A stretch of DNA of 64,000 nt from Vulcanimicrobiota bacterium (lineage in GTDB: Bacteria > Vulcanimicrobiota > Vulcanimicrobiia > Vulcanimicrobiales > Vulcanimicrobiaceae): contig CAWAXX010000017.1 of the NCBI GenBank assembly GCA_963786105.1, positions 1 to 64,000 on the forward strand. Direction: 5' to 3'. Position 1 is the stretch's first letter; every line of letters begins with the position of its first letter. Below are positions 57,259 through 64,000 of the stretch, piece by piece. The notes under the pieces are model-generated. The model was given only the letters and a program-made list of their open reading frames with translations. It searched no databases and was not told where the DNA came from. The position numbers and the translations under genes were made by a program.

Positions 57259-58368
57259 ATGCGTATTCAACTGCCGCGTTTAGCGTCTAACGCGGTCGCG
57301 TTTTTCTTTGCCAGCGCCCTCCTCGTCGGCTGTAGCGCCACGAATGTCACGCCGTCGCAAATGCCGCAGCAGCTCATGCCTGCGGGCGCCGCGCGGAGCT
57401 TGTCGGGAAAATCATGCCGCATTGCCGCCTGCATCTACGTCGCGAACGGTGACGACCGCGTGACCGTGTATGCCGCCCAGGCCAACGGCAACGTCAAACC
57501 GACCCGAACGATCAGCGGTTCGAATACTGACCTGGTTTCCCCCGCTGGCATTGCAGTGGACGCCGGTAAGAATATGTACGTCACGAACTTCCTGAACCCA
57601 GGCGAGTACTTCGTAACTGTCTACGCCGCCGGGGCGCGCGGTAACGCCGCGCCGATCCGGACGATCCGCGGCTCGAACACAGGGCTGTATGGTCCCACCG
57701 GCATCGCGCTCGACTCCACCGGCGCGACCTACGTCGTGAACGCACTCGTTGCTCATTGGGCTGTGAACGTCTACGCCGCCGGCGCGAACGGCAACGTTGC
57801 GCCGATTCGGACCATCAGCGGCGGGAGCACGGGCTTAGTCTGGTCGAGTGGCGTTGCCTTAGATACGAACGCGGAGGTTTACGTTACGAGTGACTATGGT
57901 TGCGACCGCGGCCGTTGTTCAGGCACCGACCAAGTGACAGTGTACGCAGCGGGCGCTGACGGCAACGTTGCACCGATTCGGACGATCAGCGGCTCCGCAA
58001 CCAAATTGATGAGTCCGTCCGGCATTGCACTGGACGCCAACAACAACATTTACGTGGTCAGCGGGACGTTTACCGACAGGGGGGGTACCCTCGACAGCAT
58101 CAACGTATATGCTGCCGGCGCAAACGGCAACGTTGCGCCCATCCGCACCATCACTGGCCCGAACACCCGCCTGAAAAATCCAGATGGCGTCGCGGTGGGG
58201 GCCGATGGCACGACTTACGTCGCGAACTTTGGTACGGTCGAGCACGGATCCGAGGAGAATCCGAAAATAACCGTGTATGCCGCTGGAGCAAACGGTAACG
58301 TCGCACCGATTCGGACCATTCACGGCACTGCGACCATGTTGGGCGGACCGAAAATTGCCGTCCACTAG
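57259..58368 (+). CDS. Lipoprotein with six NHL-like beta-propeller repeats
   Basis: Lipobox LVGC; six repeats of V.VYAAGANGNVAPIRTI.G..T.L..P.GIA.D. Confidence 0.85.
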   Translation: MRIQLPRLASNAVAFFFASALLVGCSATNVTPSQMPQQLMPAGAARSLSGKSCRIAACIYVANGDDRVTVYAAQANGNVKPTRTISGSNTDLVSPAGIAVDAGKNMYVTNFLNPGEYFVTVYAAGARGNAAPIRTIRGSNTGLYGPTGIALDSTGATYVVNALVAHWAVNVYAAGANGNVAPIRTISGGSTGLVWSSGVALDTNAEVYVTSDYGCDRGRCSGTDQVTVYAAGADGNVAPIRTISGSATKLMSPSGIALDANNNIYVVSGTFTDRGGTLDSINVYAAGANGNVAPIRTITGPNTRLKNPDGVAVGADGTTYVANFGTVEHGSEENPKITVYAAGANGNVAPIRTIHGTATMLGGPKIAVH

Positions 58369-58456
58369 CCTCAAATCGCAAACTGGGATCACCTCCGGTC
58401 AGAAGTAACGCCGTGCTGCGACAAGCGCGCAGCTAGCGAGAAAGATTTGGTAACAT

Positions 58457-59011
58457 ATGCATATTCCTATGTCGCGTTTTGCACCTAACGCGGTCGCGCT
58501 TTTTGTTGCGAGTGTTTTTTTCGCTAGTTGTAGCAGCGCCACGAATGTCACTCCGTGGCAAGGCGCTGGGTTAGGGCCAAACTCGAACTGGGCAGCCCCC
58601 GGCGTCGCTCACAGAGTTACGGAGCCAAACATCATCACGGATAGAGAGAAACTCCTTTCAACCAGTGGAAGCGGTGGCGGGGGAGGCTGTGGTGCGGGTG
58701 TCACTGTAAGCGGTAAGGCGCGGGGACCGTATCACGGAACATTCACAGGAGGTGCGCAGTTTGGTACCTGCGGATTCTCCCCTTTCTTCGGGTCGTTCGT
58801 GATAACTTCAGGCGCGAATACAATCACGGGCTCGTTTTCCGGGATGGGACAAGGCTCGTGTGGCAGGGGCGGCTGCGGTAACGGCGGCAAAATGACCTAC
58901 ACTGCGACGCTCGAACCCGGTGGCAAGACCTTCTCAGGCAAAGGGCACGCAGGGATGAGCGTTTTCGGCACTGGTGGTAGGATGGACCTATACCTACAGC
59001 GCTTCATGTAA
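58457..59011 (+). CDS. Gly-rich hypothetical lipoprotein
   Basis: Signal ending FASC; VSGKARGPYHGTFTG; N-terminus similar to the upstream lipoprotein. Confidence 0.7.
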   Translation: MHIPMSRFAPNAVALFVASVFFASCSSATNVTPWQGAGLGPNSNWAAPGVAHRVTEPNIITDREKLLSTSGSGGGGGCGAGVTVSGKARGPYHGTFTGGAQFGTCGFSPFFGSFVITSGANTITGSFSGMGQGSCGRGGCGNGGKMTYTATLEPGGKTFSGKGHAGMSVFGTGGRMDLYLQRFM

Positions 59012-59092
59012 AATCCCGAAAGCTACGCGCCGTTCGCAGAAGCATCTTTTCACCTCGTAATTCGGCTGGACGCGCTATCGTGACGTGATGAG

Positions 59093-59548
59093 CTAATCGA
59101 TCATCGACGCGAGTGCGGCGTCGTCGAAGGCTTGCGCCGGACGAACGTAGCCTATGAGGACGGCGAGGCTCTTGTGACGGGTCGTGCGCGCAATTGAATC
59201 AAGCGACACCTTCGCCTTTGCCACGCTCGTAACGAAACCGGCGCGTAACGAATGCGCGGAAAAGTTCCCTTCAACGTGCGCCTCGCGAGCAAGGGTTTTC
59301 ACCAGCCTCGCGACGTCCTGGCCGGTGATGCTCCGCTCGGTAATCGTGTGACCGAGTGAGAACGAGCGAAAAAGCGCGCCGTCGGCGACTGCAGCGACGT
59401 CGATACATTCCCGAACGGTGTGAGCCGCGCAAAGAGCGCGATCAGCAACGAAGGGGATGGCAATCTCGACGCCCAGGCCGGTTTGGTCGGTCTTGGATCG
59501 GCGGATGGTGAGGCTCAGACCTTCACGGACAGATCGCAAATCAAGCCG
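59093..59548 (-). pseudogene. C-terminal fragment of a Cre-like tyrosine recombinase
   Basis: IRRSKTDQ, FSAHSLRAGFVT, TRHKS..VL.GYVR. The N-terminal domain and first catalytic Arg are missing. Confidence 0.85.
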
Positions 59549-59749
59549 GAGGCTGGGTGACGTTTGGGTGACGAGTAACTGGAAAAACTGAAGAAACCGA
59601 GTGCGTAGTATGTTCAAGATGGCCTGATTTGTGCTTGCCGGTTGCCTCAGTTTCCCCCGGTTTCCAATAGGACAAAGGTTCAATCCCCGCCAACGGCTCC
59701 ATCTTTCCCTCGTCGTTTCGCCCGCGGCAGCCTTTTGGGTGACGGATCA

Positions 59750-59980
59750 AGCTTGATAGCAGCGCGACCGACTGCCGCCGGGCCTTAGACGGTCACAGTA
59801 ACGCCGCCGTCGGCCAGCATCCCTTGCGCACGCATGACCAGCTCGAGCGACGCGCGTGTCTCGCGCACCGCCGCCAACGCATACGGTCATCACCAGCGCC
59901 CGCAGCACGGCTCAGAATCGTCTGCGCGTCGTCGAACAAGTGCTCAGCACGAGGGAGTAGCTCGTCGGATCTGCACCTTC
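59750..59980 (-). pseudogene. Degraded mobile-element helical protein
   Basis: LLPRAEHLFDDAQTILSRAAGAGDDR / LAAVRETRASLELVMRAQGML, read across a frameshift and a stop. Confidence 0.4.
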
Positions 59981-60476
59981 AGAATCGAACCGCCCCGAAC
60001 CAGCAGCGTCTGTCGGCGAGTTTTCGGGCGACTCGCTCAGAGCTCACGTGCGTCAAGCGCCTTGATCGTCGTAGTTCGCCGGGAAAACCGAACATCGAGG
60101 CCGCCTTTCTCGCGTCTGACGGGCCCGCTTACTTGACACAGCGACAAAGTGCGAGCATGTTTACTCTCTATTTTGATCCGTGCAAGACCCTTAGACGGGG
60201 GACTCCAACCACCTTGCAAATAAGCGTAAAGCCTTTATTCGTGATGGAACCGCCTTATGTCGTTCGCATGGTCGCGACAGGTTACTTCGGGTGTATCCGT
60301 CGCTTGTTGCGTGCGCTAATCGAAAAGCGACCAAGTCCTACTTGAAGGAAGTTTACCGATGATCACGGTAGCGCAGCAGAGGGGTAACGGTACCACAGCT
60401 GCTCGCCGTATAGTCACTTGCACGGATGACTACGTCGCCTGTATATATATACGCGCTATCTGAAATGGAGTCAGCA

Positions 60477-60929
60477 ATGGCTGAAACGCAAGTCGAGCAA
60501 TCGAGCTATCAGATGCCTCCTAAGGAGGGGTTTACCGTTACACATTTTATCACCGTCGCCGACATCGACCGATCGGCTGATTTTTATGAAAAGGTCTTTG
60601 GCGGCCGAGTGCTAAGCAGAGGCGATAGCAAAGGCGCGTCTGGGCACATTCAGATCGCGAATACGTGGCTCATTGTCAACGTCGGGGGCGGCCCCACCCC
60701 GGACAAGCCGACGGTAACGCTCAGCGTCCCCGCCGACCCGGATAAGCTCAGCAGCTTTATGAATATTCGCGTTGCGGATATTCAAGCGTGCTATGAATTA
60801 TGGAAAAGTCGAGGAGCCGAGTTCCTCACGGAACCGATTGCTAAGTACGGCGAAATTCGCTGCTACATCCGCGATCCTGACGGCTATATTATCGAGGTCG
60901 GACAGAGCACCGATCTCCCGTACGGTTAA
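60477..60929 (+). CDS. VOC/glyoxalase family protein, copy 1
   Basis: HFITVADIDRS.DFY..VFG, MNIRVADI, EIRCYIRDPDGYIIEVGQ. Confidence 0.9.
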   Translation: MAETQVEQSSYQMPPKEGFTVTHFITVADIDRSADFYEKVFGGRVLSRGDSKGASGHIQIANTWLIVNVGGGPTPDKPTVTLSVPADPDKLSSFMNIRVADIQACYELWKSRGAEFLTEPIAKYGEIRCYIRDPDGYIIEVGQSTDLPYG

Positions 60930-60940
60930 CGCTAGCCCGA

Positions 60941-61453
60941 ATGAAAGCATCTGTCGTGAGCGCCTACGGCGGCCCGGAAGTGATGAAATATCAGGACATG
61001 CCTGATCCCAGCCTGGGCGCGGGCGATGTTCTCATCAAGGCGGCCGGCATCGGCATCAACCGGGAGGACATGCTCGAGCGCAACGGCGGCTTGAAGGATT
61101 GGCAGTTGCACTTTCCAGCGATCATCGGTCTCGACGTATCCGGAACGGTGATCGCGACGGGCGACGGCGTAATCGACCTCATTGCCGGCGACCGTGTCTG
61201 CGGATGGTCTTACCACAAGTACGCTGCGCTGGTCGCCGACAAGGCGACGCTTTTCGCCAAGGTGCCGGAGACGATGGACCTGGTAGATGCGGCCGCGATT
61301 CCGCTCGTGGGCGTCACCGGAAGCCAATTGATCTCCGTCGCAAGCAGCGTGCACTCTGGCCAGACGGTGCTGGTCTCCGGCGCGGCCGGAGCCGTCGGTC
61401 GTTGCGCGCGCGGCGTCGGACGTATAGATACTCGTTGTCTGAAATGGAGTTGA
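60941..61453 (+). pseudogene. C-terminally truncated NADP-dependent oxidoreductase (MDR/QOR family)
   Basis: YGGPEV, P.IIGLDVSGTV, AAAIPLVG.TG, VLVSGAAGAVG; homology ends near 61405. Confidence 0.8.
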
Positions 61454-61455
61454 TA

Positions 61456-61911
61456 ATGGACGAAGTACGAGTCGAGCAATCGAGTTTTAGGATGCCGCCC
61501 CGAGAGGGGTTCACCATCGCGCACTTTCTCACAGTTGCCGACATCGAGCGATCCGTCGAATTCTACTCAAAGGTGTTCGGTGGAGAAATCGTAAGCAGCG
61601 GCGACGAGGAAGGCGCACCGCCGTACATCAAAATTGCAAACACTTGGCTCATTGTCAACGTTGGCGGTGGTCCGACACCGGACAAACCGACCGTAATGCT
61701 CCAACCCCCTCCCGACCCCAATGAGATTAGCAGCTTCATGAATATCCGCGTCGCGGACATTCAAGCGTGCTACGAGCTCTGGAAAAGCCGCGGAGCGACC
61801 TTTCTGACCGAACCCATAGACAAGTATGGCGAGATACGATGCTACATCCGCGATCCTGACGGTTATATCATCGAAGTCGGGCAAAGCAAGCCCGGGTTCA
61901 GGTATGGCTAA
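61456..61911 (+). CDS. VOC/glyoxalase family protein, copy 2
   Basis: Close paralog of 60477-60929 (shared IANTWLIVNVGGGPTPDKPTV and SSFMNIRVADIQACYELWKSRGA). Confidence 0.9.
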   Translation: MDEVRVEQSSFRMPPREGFTIAHFLTVADIERSVEFYSKVFGGEIVSSGDEEGAPPYIKIANTWLIVNVGGGPTPDKPTVMLQPPPDPNEISSFMNIRVADIQACYELWKSRGATFLTEPIDKYGEIRCYIRDPDGYIIEVGQSKPGFRYG

Positions 61912-62608
61912 AGAAAAGGTCGCGGTGATAACGGGCGCATCCCACGGTATTGGCGCGAACCTCGTAACTGCGTATAGCGAAGCTGGCTACAATGTCGTTG
62001 CGAATTCGCGCTCGATCGGGGCCAGCGCGGATCCGAGCATTGTCAACATCGCGGGCGACATTGGCGAGCCGGACACAGCCAACCGCATCATGCACGAAGG
62101 CGTCGGAAGATTCGGGCGCCTCGATACGCTCGTTAACAACGCGGGCGTGTTTATTTCAAAGCCCTTCACGGAGTACACGCAGGCGGACTACGACGTAATG
62201 CTTGCGACGAACATCGCTGGATTTTTTTATTTGACGCAGCGCGCGGTGCGCGTCATGGACCGTCAAGGATGGGGACACATTGTGAATATCACAACAACCG
62301 CCGCGGAACAACCAATCAATGGTTCGCCGGCCCTTTTGGCATCTCTGACGAAAGGCGGTCTCAACGCCGCGACAAAAGCGCTGGCGATCGAATTCGCGCA
62401 ACGCGGTATTCGCGTGAACGCGGTCTCGCTCGGGATCATAAAAACCCAAGCGGCAGATTCCTACGCGGGACTCGAATCGTCGGAGCCGCTGCACCGTTTG
62501 GGCGAGATCGCCGACGTTGTATCAGCAGTAATGTACTTGGAACACGCTGGGTTTGTAACCGGTGAGATCTCGCACGTGGATGGCGGCCAAAGCGCGGGCC
62601 ACTGGTAG
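61904..62608 (+). CDS. Short-chain dehydrogenase/reductase
   Basis: VITGASHGIG, LVNNAG, ASLTKGG, IRVNAVS.G, VTGE..HVDGG. Confidence 0.9.
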   Translation: MAKEKVAVITGASHGIGANLVTAYSEAGYNVVANSRSIGASADPSIVNIAGDIGEPDTANRIMHEGVGRFGRLDTLVNNAGVFISKPFTEYTQADYDVMLATNIAGFFYLTQRAVRVMDRQGWGHIVNITTTAAEQPINGSPALLASLTKGGLNAATKALAIEFAQRGIRVNAVSLGIIKTQAADSYAGLESSEPLHRLGEIADVVSAVMYLEHAGFVTGEISHVDGGQSAGHW

Positions 62609-62782
62609 GCTCGCACGCCCAACATCCATTTTTCCCTCGCCACTCGACCCGGAAGCGCAAACGCATGACGACTTCCAAACCCCGCTACCGCGTCGAATCA
62701 GGGCACTGCGGAGAGCATCTTGCCGCGCCGCCGCAATCGCGCGATAATCAAGCGAGCGCGAATGCGCTGAGGAGGCGAACGC

Positions 62783-63931
62783 ATGGCTTCACGCCATTTC
62801 GTCGCGGTCTTGACGGCCGTCGGGTTTCTCGTCGGCTGCGCAGGGCAAGGCGGCTCACCGCCGGTATCCGCACGGGCCGCCCCTGACGGTCGAGCCGCCA
62901 CTCCGATCTCGACGGTCATTCCATTGCGGGGAGTGAGTCCGGAGACGCTTCGGGCGCAGTCCGACGCCGGCACCACCGTCCCATTCTATAGCGGCTCGGT
63001 CCAGTCGCCTCTCGACGGAAAGACCTACAAGTACTCGATCGTCGGAAGTGACCCCACAAGGAGCAATACGACTACGGCCATCTCGTACGTTCCGATCGAA
63101 GTCATCGTGACGTTCCCGGACGGCACCGTGCTCGATCCAACCCAACCCGCTTGCAACGACACGGTTTCCGTTTCCAACCGCCTCTATAAAGGACCGGACT
63201 TCGTCAAGACACCGTTAACGTCGAACGGCGTCAACGTCGGGAAGACGCAGCTCATCGATGCGTTCCAGCGGGCCGAGTTTTGGAGCATTCTCAAAGGCCA
63301 TCGATATCACACGGTGCTCAAAGCCGCGAGCGCCCCCATCATCGCGAACTATACGACGCGCGATGGCACGACGAAGCTGGGACCGATTTGCCATGATGCG
63401 AGGCATCGAGTCGGCAGCATCCCTTTTACCGAGTTCGATAACGTTGTCACCAGTCTCGCATTAAAATACGTGAAGCCGAACCAAGTCGCGATCGTCGCTA
63501 CGTACAACGTTTATTTGAGCAGCGCGAGCTTCACGTACGCCGGCTACCATAGCGCGTTTACCGTGGCCGGCGGGGGCACGCAAGTTTACGCGGTGGCGAC
63601 CTACAGCGATCCGCTTAGCTTAAATGACAACCCCGGCATCACCGATATTTCAATAGTCACCCACGAGCTCGGCGAGTTGTTCAACGATCCATTCGGCCAC
63701 AATGCAACGCCTGCGTGGGGTCATATTGGGCAGGTCACGGGCTGCCAAGCAAATTTCGAGGTCGGCGATCCGCTCACCGGGCATAACTTCAACCTCGAGT
63801 ACAATGGGTTTAAGTATCATCCCCAGGAGCTGGCATTCTTTTCGTGGTACTACCGCACGCCGTCAACGGGTACCGACGGAAAATATTCTTTTGAAGGAGC
63901 GTTTACGCAGACGCAGGGACTGTGCACGTAG
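62783..63931 (+). CDS. Hypothetical lipoprotein with putative metal-binding motifs
   Basis: Lipobox LVGC, AGGAGG ribosome-binding site, DAFQRAEFW, GYHSA, THELGE..NDP, EVGDPL, YHPQEL. Confidence 0.75.
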   Translation: MASRHFVAVLTAVGFLVGCAGQGGSPPVSARAAPDGRAATPISTVIPLRGVSPETLRAQSDAGTTVPFYSGSVQSPLDGKTYKYSIVGSDPTRSNTTTAISYVPIEVIVTFPDGTVLDPTQPACNDTVSVSNRLYKGPDFVKTPLTSNGVNVGKTQLIDAFQRAEFWSILKGHRYHTVLKAASAPIIANYTTRDGTTKLGPICHDARHRVGSIPFTEFDNVVTSLALKYVKPNQVAIVATYNVYLSSASFTYAGYHSAFTVAGGGTQVYAVATYSDPLSLNDNPGITDISIVTHELGELFNDPFGHNATPAWGHIGQVTGCQANFEVGDPLTGHNFNLEYNGFKYHPQELAFFSWYYRTPSTGTDGKYSFEGAFTQTQGLCT

Positions 63932-63937
63932 CAAGCG

Positions 63938-63961
63938 GCCGTTCTCGACGAACGGCTTTTT
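63938..63961 (+). terminator. Intrinsic terminator
   Basis: GCCGTTC-TCGAC-GAACGGC followed by TTTTT just after the lipoprotein stop. Confidence 0.7.
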
Positions 63962-64000
63962 CCTCACTTACCTTCACCGTCATTATTCTTGCTGGGTGCT

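Larger units (their letters stand above)
55625..59747. mobile_element. Decayed ~4-kb integrative element at tRNA-Thr(GGU), bounded by att-like direct repeats
   Basis: GGTTCAATCCCCGCCAACGGCTCCA at 55625-55649 and 59677-59701, with similarity extending to 55696 / 59747. Contains a truncated tyrosine recombinase. Confidence 0.85.

Noticed and set aside
57259..58368. DNA repeats in the propeller gene as a DGR template/variable pair
   Set aside because: The repeats are in-frame protein blades, differences are not adenine-specific, and there is no reverse transcriptase in the window.
59093..59683. 196-aa ORF as a functional integrase
   Set aside because: The first ~45 codons cross the att arm region; the N-terminal domain and first catalytic Arg are missing.
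62330..62365. SDR lacking the YxxxK tyrosine (ASLTK) as a novelty
   Set aside because: As I recall, this variant is shared by a common SDR subfamily and is not specific to this locus.

Overview
GC-rich bacterial chromosome segment. Gene content and order (Firmicutes-like yacL-ispD-ispF-[gltX]-cysE-cysS-rlmB-sigH block, plus many beta-propeller and aspartyl-protease lipoproteins) suggest a Terrabacteria lineage such as Ca. Eremiobacterota; this is inference, no search was run. About 1-37 kb is core genome: frameshifted tal-pgi fusion, tkt, dapD, radA, cmk, ispH, a fused double GT-C/PMT glycosyltransferase, yebC, rpe, thiL, rpmB, fakA-plsX-degV, hemW, ispDF, cysES, rlmB and sigH. From about 37 kb the usual Thr(UGU)-Tyr-Gly-Thr(GGU) tRNA cluster is pulled apart by accessory DNA, and decayed tandem integrative elements follow tRNA-Thr(GGU). 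Most notable: (1) a tRNA-Thr(UGU) with class II architecture that looks like a Thr/Tyr chimera; (2) a stand-alone GluRS anticodon-binding module at the gltX position; (3) a free-standing PD-(D/E)XK homing-type endonuclease whose stop codon lies inside tRNA-Thr(GGU); (4) apparent CTG initiation at CTGA overlaps, including cysS; (5) a REP/REPIN-like element supplying the stop codons of both flanking genes; (6) a CYTH-like enzyme plus split CHR transporter cassette. Several single-base insertions suggest sequencing or assembly errors.
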